This document shows positions 34,531 to 48,100 of a stretch of DNA of 64,000 nt, piece after piece. The stretch spans positions 5,257,079 through 5,321,078 of the forward strand of contig OZ316898.1 in NCBI GenBank assembly GCA_973895155.1, given 5' to 3'. The DNA is from Marsupella aquatica. Its lineage: Eukaryota > Plantae > Marchantiophyta. The position numbers and the translations under genes were made by a program. The stretch's first letter is position 1. Each line of letters starts with the position of its first letter. The notes beneath the pieces were generated by a model. The model saw nothing but the letters and a program-made list of their open reading frames with translations. It was not told where the DNA came from and searched no databases.

Positions 34531-36491
34531 CAGTCTTAAAAGATTGCCGACGAGTTTCAGGAATCTCTCTTCGTTAGTAGAATTAAAGCTCGATTCCTGT
34601 GACCAGCTGCTGCTGGAGAATTTGGGCCATCTCAAGGCTCTGGACACATTAGTACTCTGGTGCAAATACCTGGAGGTGCTACCCGACAGTTTGGGGACCC
34701 TCTCTTCACTGACAACGTTTGAGATCAGGGGGGAAAGGTTGCAGACCCTCCCGAGAACCATAGGACTGCTTCACTCACTGACGACACTGAAGATTGTGGG
34801 GAGCAGCCTAAGCAGTATACCCGAAGAACTCGGTAACCTGTCATCTCTAGAAATTCTGTTGCTTCAATCTTGTCACAGGATAGAGACCCTTCCGGACGGC
34901 TTAGGGCGCATTTCCTCGCTGAGACGAGTAATACTTAATGATTGCCCGAAATTGAAGAATGTACCAGATAGTTGGGGAGATGACTTAGCGCCTCGTGAAG
35001 ACAGAAGTATCGAGACAAGGAGAGCAGAACGGGGGCGGTTCTCCCACAACGCTTCTGCGTACGCGGAGAGGATTCGGCTATTTGTGGTTGGCTGTCCATT
35101 CCTCACTGCTCCGGAACTGCGAAGATTGGGCTGGATTAAGTGTAATCCCGGAAGATCCGACCATCTTCTATCTCAAAATGGTCTTAACTTTTACACTGTT
35201 GAGTATTGGGGAACGTGGTGGTACCGGATATAGCAGCTTCAAAAATTAGATTTGGGTATTGGGGAACGTGGTGGTACAGGATATATAGCATGTTCATCCT
35301 ATTACATGCCTAGACTGGAGTCTATAGACCAAGGGGCTTGAATTGAGGATGCAGACCAAAAACAGTAATGGGGGCAAAGATGAAGATGAAATAACATGTA
35401 ATTCTTGTTTCTGTAAGGTGTTTTTCTCCTCATCTCTTTGGAACGGGTAATCAGGATAGTCAGTATAAGGAACAGATTGAAACTGGTCATGTGTGTTGGC
35501 TTAAACTAGCATGAACAAAGGTAGCTAAACACCACCGTTCCAGTTTGCAGTGCCTGCTGTTAATAGTACTGTAGGTCATTCCATGATGGGTGTTATGGTC
35601 ATCAAGCAATTATAGTTACAAGCTCCTGGGCAGCTAACCAAGAAAGCCAAGCTCGAAGTTTCTTTAATTCTGAAAGGAATGCTTTTATATAGATTTCTCA
35701 TGGGAGCACCATTTTCTAGAAAGCTGCAGAATTAGTAATAATTTGTTTCTAGTTGGTCATAAAATGGCATCACTCTCCCCATAGCTCAATGAACATTACT
35801 ATTGTCATATAAAGGTTACACAAACTAGAAAGAGAGTCTCCTCAGTGGTTTCACGACAAGCAATGGCAGTGTTGAGTTTGAAGATTACAGGTTGCAACGC
35901 TCTCCGCACAGCTTGAAAACACTCTCTCGTGCATAGAGCATCACAGATTCTTTTTCATACCACACATCTTGTAAGGAAGATTCATTGGCAGGATCAACAT
36001 ACAGCAAGAATTTTACAAGACAGAATAATGCCTACAAATGTAGAATGGTGCCTCCTCTCTATTATGAAGGTATGAAGGTGACGGACTCCAACTGCTGTGG
36101 AGAGACCACCAGTCGCAGTGGTGACTATGAACGGAGGTTTGCAAAGTTTCCTCCAGCATTGTGATTAACTGCAGTACCAGCTGTGCAAGACCAACGGGTT
36201 GAAACAGATCTCTGTTTGAGTCTATTTCCTTCGGGAGTGCTCGCATAACATTCAGGCTGCTTATGTTTGGCTCGAAATTTCTCAAAAATTGCCGTTGGCC
36301 TTATGGAGGATGGGACTAGCTTTGTCGGGCGTCACTATGCTAAATCTCCCAGCCTGTATTCTACTCCAGCAAAGTCTCAGCCTTTCAGAAGTATCCACCC
36401 CCAAAACAACTCAAGCTCCGTTCTAGTACCCAAGTCCCACTTTCATAAGCTTTAGCCTCAGATCAAAATTCTGATGGTGAAAACATGCTCC

Positions 36492-37111
36492 TCATGGACA
36501 AATCTCAGTCTCGGAAACGAGGAGGAAAAGCACAGGCGAGTAGCTCAGGATTGGATACTGAAATGCATTCAGAAAATGAGCATACTATGCCAAAGTAGTT
36601 TCTCGATTTGGAACTTCATTAGATAGAAAATCGGACGGAGTAACTTTGCCGGTGTCAACTAGAGGAAACCACTTGTAACCAGGTCTTTCAGGTAGTGAAA
36701 CCGTCACAGGCAAATAAAGGGAATTGAAGGCAACATAATGTTCCTTACTGTGAGAGTCAACCTGCGTGTCTAGACAGGGATGTTAGCTCGAGAAACGATT
36801 TGAAATGAATTGCAGATAAACGAAACGATACCAGTATAGGTCAATAGGTTATTTGTTTTGAACCTGCCAATATGGACGACTGTGGCCTTCTCCTCATTTG
36901 CAAGATTACAAAGCATTCAGTAACACCATTTACAAAAATTTTACAGATCCTAAACGTCAAATGAGCGAAATGTCATGGGGAGAGCAATACTGGTGAAACA
37001 GCTACAAATCTACCCTAAATCTCCGACCAGTGAGGCATGTTTGGTGTCACGCCGTGCCACTCTAGCCGTTCCGCAGTCGGGAATTCTCCTAGCCTTAGTG
37101 CTTCACATTGA
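36492..37111 (-). pseudogene. ISA1: ISA1 3' fragment, copy 2 (indels)
   Basis: Colinear with 24298-24922, with small frameshifting indels. Confidence 0.85.
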
Positions 37112-40100
37112 CTGGAAAATCATTCCGCCAGTACAGTTTTTTGATTGTGGACGGGACAGTAGTAAGAAGAAGAAACAACTTGAAAACTAGACCAACCTTT
37201 TTGCATCTATCTGGTCAGCAGTTTTGTTTAAATTGCTTCTCATTATGAGAAGATCACGTTCAAATTATATTCTAATTCTAAGTGATTTGTGGCCAAAATT
37301 TGCTAGATTCCACGTCTCTAAACGTAATTTTCCCACAGGCTAAAATTACTAGATTTTCTATCTTTCAATAGTCACTTTTCCGCCTAGCCACAGACCCCAC
37401 TAGCCAAAATATGTCGTCATCTTTAAATGTAGTCAGAAATGTAACTGAATTACATAATGCATGTTCTTAGCGTGCTCTCCTTCACACAAGGGGTCATTGG
37501 CCACACTCACGAAAAAAAAAAGACATTAAAAATTAGGCCGGTCAGGCGGCTGTCATATATATTCAAGAAGAATTCAATCGAATTGAGTTGTCGTAATGAC
37601 CACTGATGTCCAGAGCATTGCTGATAATTTGTCCAATAGAACACAGCACGACACCAAACTTGACAAAGTGATCGAATGACGTCGTTAATGGCTGCCAGAA
37701 GCTCAAGAATGGATAGACCGATCGCTTTGACGTCGAATTACAATTCCTACTGAAGAAGTGAGGACCTTCAAAATTTCTGAGCAGTATGCACAGAAGCAAG
37801 AAGATCGGAAGTTTTTGTGAGCACGCACATTATAGCCAAATGGATATTAGGACCGTAGGCGAAGTGTAGATGTGTAGCATTTTATGGTGACGGTAGCGAG
37901 CTGGGTGTTTTTTAAACCAATCGAGCAGTCCACCTCCAAGACATTTTCGTATGAGATACGAGTCGCAACGTGTTGGCAAAACGTTCTTTCACAGTGTTTT
38001 CAGTGTGGGGCCCTGACTTTTCTAAAGTGTGGGCCATTTCAGGGTGGCGTGACGAGTTACGAACGACCTGGGAGGTGCACAAAGCTCCGTTCGACCACGC
38101 GGAAGATGCCCAGAAGATTCTGGCTTGCTTGGTACTTATTATACAATGGAAAAAAACATTTCGAAGTACACTTTAGATGGTTCTCATCCAGCACTTCTTC
38201 GGACGGAGCTCTGTGCACACTACTGTGTTGAATTTCAGTCTGTGCCCTCTGGTTATATGACTGTAGATAGTTCTAATCCAGCACTTCGTCGGACGGAGCC
38301 ACTACAGTGTGTGATTTTAGTCTGTGCCCTTTGTTTGAATGAACCGAGCTGTGTTTTGTGCATTGGTGTGAAGTAGAGGAGTTCATGAATAGGGCGGGCG
38401 TCGTTGGTAGCCAGGGCTAATGTTTTACTTGCTCCACATTCCGACTCAAGTTCCTCGTCCCCGAGGAAGGAGAGCAGAGCAGAGCAGAAGAGAGCAGCTT
38501 GTTTTCTTTTGGGAACTTCTACAATGTTTCAGTCGTGCTTGGCAATCGGGGAGGAGGGATTTTGGCAGACGTGTTTTGCTTCAGTTGATTTCGTCATACA
38601 CGTACACGAACGGTGTGAAGCCTTCGGGACTGGGTGTCCAAGTTGCAAAGCATTTCGGTCGATTCTTCCTTTGAAGAGCTGGACTTGAGCCTGGTCTTCG
38701 GTCACTCTGGAACAGTTGGTGCTGCGGAAACTCGTTCTTGGAAAGGTCTTCCACTTTACCGGCTTCCTCGTGCACATCGTCGTGCATGCTATGTGAGTTT
38801 CGGGATTAAGGTTGACCCGCGCTTCAATGTTTACACATCTGCTGCCGATCTCACTTGGTGACTGACATGATATCTTGAATGGTCGATTTCCTTAAGCCAG
38901 GTAGGGTTAACTTGTTCCCCATATCCGCGCTCTTTTCTCTTGGTTGAGCAAGGTGAGCAGGAGAGGAGGAGAGGGAAGTCTAGCAACCATTGGTTAGATG
39001 AACGTTGCTCGAATGTATTTCAATTCCCCCTTGCTCCCGGGGTGGGAGGGATCTTTTGATCGATGAGCTCTTAATTCTCCATTCCATTAGTCACTAATTT
39101 CTGAATTGCTGTTTAAACCTGCTTCCTGTTTGTTTTACTTTTGGGGACTCTTACGGCCTGTAGAGCATGTCGATAAATCTTTCAGGGCTCCCTCACGGTT
39201 GATGATGTAGGCCCAGTGACAGTCTACAGGGATTGGTTGGAATTGAAGTGCACAATGCTACTGGGATTCCTTCTGTGAACCTCTTCTTTGTGTGACTCTT
39301 GAGAACAAAACCTTGTGCGTTGAAGAATGTCCGAAGCACTGGTTTGTTTGACTGCCGTGCCATTTTTGTTGCTGACCATTCCGTGGATTGTTAAAAAGTG
39401 GCAGGTTTTATTAGTCGGCTAGGTCCATTTCGGTCTTCCTGGGAGAGACCGACATCCCGGAGCTTCCTGCAAGGTTTTGGAGTGTTCCTGCCGTTGTGAC
39501 TCACTTGGACCTAAGAGATACTTCACGATCTTCTGAAATTTCGAGCAATGTCTACCGTACATGTCGGTTCTGGCTCCTCTTCAGACGCTCCATTCGCATC
39601 TGGGTCTCGAAGTCCTCGTCAGGTAGTCCTCAGTCCAGACCACGAGATTGACAATTGTGTGATACCGCCCGCTGTTGGCGTGGTAGACCACCTGCAGTAA
39701 CGTTTCCGGCAATGAGCAACCTTGGCCGCAAGATTTGTATAAAATCACAATTATTTTCATGACTTGTTGACAGTAATTTTGCTGTTGGGATACAGATTAT
39801 TTTGGTGGATATATAACTGCACGTACTGATGTTGCTCTTTGCTTTTCTTAGGTGAATGAATCTGTCTACAAATTCGACAGGCCGCAAGACACTCCTACTT
39901 TGCAAATTCTGTTTTTTCATGGACTCCAATTTGATGATTCTTTGGAAACGCATTTCCGTAATTGGGAAAGTGGAGACAGGTCTGTCATCTGGCCTGAAAA
40001 GTGGTTGGTTGAAGATTTTCCCACTGCCGAGATCCTGTATATTTCCTATGATGGATTGGTAAAAAAGGGATCCCACTTGAATGAAAGTCTGGGGATGTAC

Positions 40101-43100
40101 ATTATTGCCGAAAATTTGATGTCTGACCTAATTCAAGCGGGTGTTGGTCAAATTTGGAACTGTCCGGTCATAATGGTTGGGCATTGCTTTGGTGGTATGG
40201 TCATCAAAGAGCTATGTTTGCACGCTCATAAAGCGCGGAGCGATCCCACCAAACGCAAAATCTTTCTTGACAATGTGAGAGGAATATTTAATTACAGTAC
40301 TCCTCATCATGGGAGTGACATTTTCGAGAGAGTTGGAGATATGAAACACCCTTTGTGGTCATACTTTCGAGTTTTGAGCACAGAAGGAGCACGACTTAAT
40401 CACGAGTTCGATCATTTGTCCAAATTACATGGATGGAAAATCCGTGGTATTGGAGCCGGTCTCCGTGTTCCATCGGTACACATACTTTCATCCCCAGCTT
40501 TGTCTACGCTCACTGGCTATTTTTCTGTAGACTGAGTAAAATTGTGTGAACGTCAACTCAATGAAGACCATCTTGAAACTGTGCTGACATAGTGTAAATT
40601 CCGTAGGTGGGCGGCAACGTGAGTCGAAATGCTTATATCCTCTTTAGTCTAATGTGGGTTAGACATCTTGTACAATAGAGTTGTGTGTAGTCATCGACCT
40701 TTGTCAAAGATAAGCAGAATTACCTGTTCCATTTATTTGCTTTCGCATCTAGATTGTTACTATCTTGGCAAACTTTTTGTCAAGGATTTGATTTTGCAAG
40801 AAGCCATGTAACTTAGGGATATAATGGAGCGTACTCCTGGGTGTGCAGGGCCGCTTCAAAGGGCTGCTTCTAGTCAAGGAGTCATCTGCAAGAGGAGGGG
40901 AGTCTTTCACTGTGAGGGAAGCGGACCATTTTGCGATTTGCAAACCAGAAAGTAAGACTTCAAGTGGCTACTATGAGCTCAAGGAACTCCTTCGCAGCAT
41001 TGAGAGTAGCATTCCAAAGGTAATTTAGTTGTTCCTACTTTGACGTCACATGATCAGCCTGCTTTGGTTGGATCAGGTTCAATCGTTTTTATAACTGTTT
41101 GTGCATACTGTTATCAAAGCTTTACAGGCAGTGTAGCAAGCTCTGTCTAAACACGGCTATGTATCCATCGATTGCTGCGAGAGCACTTATTGCGGATGGA
41201 TCGTACTTGCGTTGTATTTCCTACGTGAAGATTCACAGTGTCTAGTGTCCAATAAACCCTCGTTGCCTGAGTTTATATGTGGAAACCTCCTAGTTTTGCA
41301 TAAAAGACAGCATACAGTTAGGACACAGTCATTGCGATGCCATTACATATCATGTGAAATAGGTACGACCATCAGCAATGACTTATGTCGCGAACGGTAA
41401 GACAACGAGTACTGGACGTCGTAAGCATTCCCAGATAGAACTCAGTCCGGTCGATTTGATTGATAGAGGAGATAGGACCCTAGGATCATCCCTAGCGGTC
41501 GCAGACAGGAACCAAGCGACAAGAAACCTGTGTCACTCAATGCACTCGGCGTCATTCCATCGACTGTGATGTATGCCTGATCAGCTTCAGTATAAAGTCT
41601 GCATACACTGTCAATCGCTGGACAATACTGGGAAACGACAGCATCGATCTAAATTGACAAATAAGATTGGGAGATGACTGAGCGGAGATAGTGCTAGAGT
41701 AGTTGAGCATGCCAGCGACTAGATTACAACCATGGAAACGCGGCAAAGCTATTACTATCCTGATAAATATCTCACAAATGTGGTCATTTTGGGAGCACTT
41801 CCCTGCTGGTGCTGGGATCGATGTGATCATTCAGACCCTTCTCTTCTTTAATTTAGCGACTGTGGAGATTAAATAAGTATCCTCACTTCAATTTTCCATT
41901 GTCTGATGTTGATATATCGGTTTCATCTTTGCAGGCAACGAGGCTTATTCATGGACTCCCGACTTATCCTACCGATTTGGAAAGGCGTTGGCACGAGGTT
42001 CAAGTAAAGCTAGCACAAGCGCCAGTAGTAGGCATCGTTGGCATGGGCGGAATCGGGAAAACAACTATTGCTAAGGAACTATTCAACAACATCTCTGGAA
42101 ATTTTGAATATGCTTGTTTTACTGAAACTGTCACGAGCATCCAGAAGCACGAGCTAGAGAAGCTGATACTCGGAAATTTTGATCGCCGTGGGACTAGGGT
42201 CGAGAGAAATCAGATTAGGTGGTCTGACCTGGAGAAGACAAAGACACTGATCGTCTTGGATGGTGTGGATCATAAACAAATCATACCTTTGCCCGATTTG
42301 GATTTCTTTGGGGAAGGTAGCCGTTTGATCATTACAAGTCGTGATCAAGGCGTTATGGATGTTTTTGCAAACCGTGTCATTTACGACGTTGAGTTTCTCA
42401 TCGACGACGTGGCAAAGAAGCTCTTCTGCCGGCATACATTTGGGGAAGACGGAATTCCAGACCATCGGTCACAGGAAAATCATCACTTGAATGAGAATGT
42501 GGATGGAGTGGTAAAGAAATGCGGCGGGCTACCATTGACGTTGGAAGTAACGGGGTGCTATCTCAGACGTCACATGACTAACGCTAGTGTGTGGAAGCAG
42601 ACAATAGAGAAGCTAGGAAAGGCGCAATCTGTTAATGGGCTTCGGGATGACAGAGTGTGGTCTTCCTTGAAAGTGAGCTATGATGGCCTTGAGGGTGACC
42701 TACAAGGCATGTTCATCGAAGCCGGGACGTATTTCTTTGGGCAACGTGTACAGCAAGCCCTCGCAGCTTGGAGCACTGCTTATGGAAATTCAGATGCAGC
42801 CTGGGCTAACTTGCTCAGTACATCCATGGTGAAGGAAGTAGACAGGAGGAAACTGTGGAATTGGCCCGATGGCAAGATTGAGCCATGGGACGACGGCAAG
42901 GAGATATGGGTGCACGAGCACCTGCGTGATCTGGCCAATAATCTCTCGATGGGGGCGTCAGTATCGATGTCCGTGGGAGGGGGTTGCGCAGAAGTGGATC
43001 TTCTCAATGTTGTAAGTACAAACCAGAGACTTTGTGACAAAATACAGCCGGTTTTATGAATGAGCAATTGAAAGCAATGAATGTCAACATTGTGGAGAGT

Positions 43101-44784
43101 ACACTCAGCTGCATTATATTTCATCTCGACAATTGTTTCTTTAACGAGATTCAAGCTAACCTTTTACGCTTCGGTAGTTTAGAACAGAAATTCAGTGGTT
43201 TTATCCATGCTTCTGGCGCAGAATCCAGTTGCATGACAATTTATACTCTCTTCTCCTCCGTTTTCACTCTCAATAGTTGTACTTGTCAGAAAACGCTTAT
43301 CTGTGATTCACATGTCATCAGGTTAAATCCGAGACAAAACACTTGCGGATACGAGGCGTTCGGGATGGGATGAAACCAACGAAGATTCAGTTAGAAATGC
43401 TGGATAAACTGGAAGAATTGAAATATTTGGAGCTGGATCGTGTTGTGCCTGAAGGGCTGAGCACGAACTTCCCAAAGAAGCTTTCCTTACTGAGATGGAA
43501 ATACCATTTTGAACGGGGTTCCACGGCGATGCCGATCAGTCTGAAGGGAATGAAGAATTTGGCTGTCCTAGAACTCTCACGGTGCACAATGCCGGAGGAA
43601 TCTATTGAGGCATTGGGAACGTTAACGAACCTGCGGACTTTATCGCTTCAGCATATAAGAGGACTTTACTGTCTCCCAGACAATTTGGATCATCTGTCCC
43701 AGTTGAATCGGTTGGAATTATCGGGATTGGAAACAATGGAAACATTGCCGCATTCGATTGGTCACCTCCGGGCCCTGGAACATTTGGTGTTAGACTGTAG
43801 CAACTTTAAGCATTTGCCGGATTCTTTTGGCAATCTGTCTTCTCTGGCAACATTACAGATGAATGACTGTAACCGGCTTAGAAGTCTGCCCGAATCCTTT
43901 GGGCGACTCACGTCTTTGACAAGCTTCGAAATCAAAAAGTGCGAAATGCTAGATACGGTGCCGGAAACGTTCGGAGATCTCAAGGCTCTAAAAAGATTAT
44001 GGATAACGAAGGCTAAGCGCCTGAAGTCCCTACCCGAAAGCTTTGGCAACTTATCTGCTCTCACAGATTTGCATCTCAAAGAATGTGAGATTCTTGAAAG
44101 TCTGCCTGCGAGCTTTGGTATGCTCTCGTCTTTGGAAATACTTGAGTTGAATTGGGTGGAGCGGCTAGATACGGTGCCAGAAACGTTGGGAGATCTCGAG
44201 GCTCTCAAAAGATTAGTGATAGAGGGGGCTAGGCGCCTGAAGTCCCTACCCAAAAGCTTTGGCAACTTATCTGCTCTCACATATTTGATGGTCTACGGTT
44301 GTGAGAATCTTGAAAGTCTGCCTGCGAGCTTTGGCAACTTATCTGCTCTCACATATTTGCATCTCGTAGGTTGTATGATTCTTGAAAGTCTGCGTGCGAG
44401 CTTTGGCAACTTATCTGCTCTCACAGAGTTGCATCTCGATCGTTGTAAGATTCTTGAAAGTCTGCCTGCGAGCTTTGGTATGCTCTCGTCTTTGAAAGAA
44501 CTTCAGTTGTGTCAGCTGGAGCGGCTAGAAACGGTGCCGGAAACGTTCGGAGATCTCAAGGCTCTTGGAATCTTAATGATAGTGGACGCTAGCCGCATGA
44601 AGGCCCTACCCGAAAGCTTTGGCAACTTATCTGCTCTCATAGATTTGCGTCTCGAACGTTGTGAGAGTCTTGAAAGTCTGCCTGCGAGCTTTGGCATGCT
44701 CTCGTCTTTGGAAGAACTTGTTTTGGGTGCGGTGGAGCGGCTAGATACGGTGCCGGAAACGTTTGGAGACCTCAAGGCACTTAA

Positions 44785-45046
44785 TGTTGATAAAACTATC
44801 TAGCATGACTAAGATACCGGAACAGCCAACGGGAAGCACATAAGTACTCGGGGAAAGGGCAAGGAGTGCAGGGGGCGACAAAGAGGCGCCGCATAGTAGA
44901 AGAGCCCAAGAGAAGGGGCGAAAGCATCAGATGGATGCAACCTAGATCTAAAGGTAAGCAGCAAGGGACAGAAGACGACAACGAACAGAAAGTGGGCCCG
45001 TATACTGAAGGGGAAAACAAGGTACTGAAGATCGTAGTTTCCAACA
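44785..45046 (-). repeat. Copia 3' LTR
   Basis: One mismatch (45000 G vs A) to the other LTR by eye. Confidence 0.97.
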
Positions 45047-45160
45047 CCCCCTCTCGATCTGAAGCCGCAGAAAACAAACGGGAGAGAGAGAGATGATGCA
45101 GGTCAGCGAGAGTACCACTGTAGGTATAGTGCGGGAGTGCAGTGTACACATATGATGAAC

Positions 45161-48100
45161 CTAGATGAGAAGAGAGGACCTAGACCGAATGCCAAGGAAA
45201 TCTCGATGCTTTTCAAAAATTTGCCGACAGACTTGTTTGGTGAAAATGTCAGCATGTTGGTCATCGGTGTTGATGTATTGTAAAGAGACTTCGCCTTCAA
45301 GAATCCTTTCACGTACAAAGTGGTGTTTGGCCTCAATGTGTTTGGTGCGAGCATGGAAGATCGGATTCAGAGCAAGTCGAATAGATCCTTGGTTATCGCA
45401 GTGTAAGTGTAGATCGTGAGAAGTAGGGATTGCAGCTTCGTGTAGGTCCTTGTGGATGGTGGCATTGTCGCATTGAACAGGAACGGTGACGTTGGAGGTA
45501 TGTTGGAGCTCGCGAAGTAATCGACGTAGGTACACAGCTTCCTTAGTAGCCTCAGAGAGGGCCTTGTACTCAGCTTCGGTGGTGCTGTCCGAAATTGTGG
45601 GTTGTCGTTTGCTAGCCCAGGAGATAGGCCCAGAAGCCAGGGTGAAGACATAGCCAGCAGTAGAGCGCCGAGTATCGAGGCATCCAAGGTAGTCCGCATC
45701 AGTATATCCTGTGAGAAGAAGCTGAGAGGAGCGTTTGTAGTGGATCCCATAGTCAAGTGTCTTCTTAACGTACCGAAGGATGTGCTTGGCAGCTTCCAAG
45801 TGCTGCAAGTGAGGTTGAGACATAAAACGAGCCACCATACCAACTGAGTAGGATAGATCCGGTCGAGTGGTCGTAAGGAAGAGTAGTTTACCCACAAGGG
45901 TGCAATACTCTGAGCGGTCAACGGGAGCCGTGTTAGAGTTAGATTGAGTGGCGAATCCTTCTGGTAGAGGCGTGTGGGCAGGCCTGCATTCAGTCATATT
46001 GTAATCACGAAGAATCTGTTCGGCATAGGTGTGCTGGTGAAGAAGCATACCGTTTGCAGTCTTGGTGAACTCCACACCGAGATATTTGCGGATTTCACCA
46101 AGATCCTTCATTTCGTACCGATTCTGAAGATTGAGCTTGATAGTGTCGATGAGTGCCAAATCATTGCCGGTAATAAGAAGGTCGTCCACGTAAAGGAGTA
46201 AGAGTACAATAGAGGACCCCTGAAATAAGTAATACAGGTTGGGGTCAGCATCGCTCCGAGTCCAACCTTGTTCGTGAAGGTACTTATCAATCTCTTGATA
46301 CCATTCACGGGGGGATTGCTTCAGTCCATAGATGGATTTGTTGAGCCGGCAAACAAGGTGCTCCAATCCTTTACGAGCAAAGCCAGGCGGTTGTTGCATG
46401 AAAAGGAGCTCTTTAAGAGTCCCGTTAAGGAATGCAGTAACAACGTCCATATGACTGATAGGCCAACCAGATGCAACAGCAAGAGCGATAACAGCACGAA
46501 GAGTTGACCAGCGAACGACGGGTGCAAAAGTGTCATTATAATCTATGCCAGGTTGCTGTTCAAGACCCCTAGCAACAAGACGAGCTTTAAGACGTGCGCG
46601 CGTTGGATTATCGGCGTCATGGATAGGTTTAGATTTGTACAGCCATTTTGATGAAATTGCACGTCTCCCCGGGGGTAACTCCACAAGGTCCCATGTCTCA
46701 TTTTTAATCAAGCTGTCATATTCTTCATGCATAGCACTGCACCAGCCAGGGTCTTGTATAGCATCACGGAAGGCAATAGTGTCACTAACAGGGTTAGCGG
46801 TTTCGATAATGCATAAGTCTACATCCTCCGGGATATGCATTTCATAGTCCCCACTACGAGCCCAGGCTGGAAGCTGCCTGGCCCTTGACCCGCGGCGTTT
46901 TGGTAGCGGATTAATCTGAACATTTGGAGCAAGGGTGGAGTTACAGGGCAGAGGAGGAGCCTCGTCGATGGTGGGGTCGACGTTGTGGACATGAGTCCCA
47001 CCGTGATTGCCAAGGTCAGCAACGTCCTTGATGGTGTTGTCATTGGGGAGCTGGGTCCCATCAAGATTGCTAGGGGCATCGTGAGCAGCATGGTCAAGAA
47101 CATGATGTTCGTCCCCTTCTGGCTCAGAAGGAGCCTCAGTTGCCGGGAGAAGGTCAAGAAAAATGTCTGACTGGGCAGGAGGAGCACGAAAATCTCCAGG
47201 GGAGTCTTCAATAAAGGTGACATTGGAGGAGATAAGGATCCGACGAGAGAGGGGGTCAAAACAGCGGTAGCCTTTGGTGTTGAGGTCATAACCAATGAAG
47301 ACAGAAGGGATAGCTCGCGAGCCAAATTTCCCATCGGACTTAGTAGGGAGGCGAACAAAAGCTGAGCAGCCAAGGACACGGAGGTGAGAGAGATCAGGCT
47401 TCATACCATAGAGAGCCTCAAAGGGCGTCGAGAGATGAAGGGCCCGAGTGGAACATCGATTGAGAACATAGGTGGCAGCTTTGACTGCCTCAGGCCAGAG
47501 GAAGCGAGGATATTTACCCTCAACATATATACTCCTGGCGGCCTCAAGTAAAGTGCGATTTTTGCGTTCAGCTACCCCATTTTGGTGGGGGGTACTAGGG
47601 GCAGTCAGTTGACGGCGAATCCCGTGGTGGCTGCAGAACTCAATAAATTCTTGGGACAAGTATTCGCCACCTCGATCAGAGCGTAAACAGGAGAGCTTGG
47701 TGCCAAATTGATTTTCGGCAGCAGTTTTGAACGTCTTGAAGCAGCGGAAAGTCTCATGTTTGTGAGAGAGATAATAGACCCACGTAAAACGGGTAAAATC
47801 GTCGATGAAGGTCAAGATGTACTTGACGGGGGAGCTGGAGTGGATGGGTCCGCAAAGATCAGAATGCACCAGATCCAAAACACGTGATGTGCGTCGAATG
47901 GAGTGCTTGGGGACATTGTCACGATGAGTTTTGCCGAGGATACATGACGTACATTGCTTTTTCTGAAAGGAGAGCAAGGGAACACCAGTAACGAGGTGTC
48001 GGGCAGTCATGTGATGTGCAGTTTGAAAGTTGAGATGAGCCAGACGCCGGTGCCATAAGTCGACAATGTCAGTCTCCACATTGGTGATGGTATTCGCTTC

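Larger units (their letters stand above)
27238..35233 (+). pseudogene. alpha/beta-hydrolase-NB-ARC-LRR (Hyd-NLR) copy 1; exons 27238-27312, 27616-28239, 28601-28771, 31459-32520, 32824-35233; frameshifted in LRR
   Basis: Phase-0 GT-AG introns. Hydrolase motifs FFHGL, GHCFGG, STPHHGS, DHFAICKP. NB-ARC motifs GMGGIGKTT, LIVLDGV, GSRLIITSRD, GGLPL, MHE. An 85-bp duplication shifts the frame to a stop at 33882. Confidence 0.92.

Noticed and set aside
44866-45096. ORFs within the Copia LTRs (also 49695-49880)
   Set aside because: Short chance frames duplicated only because the LTRs are duplicated.
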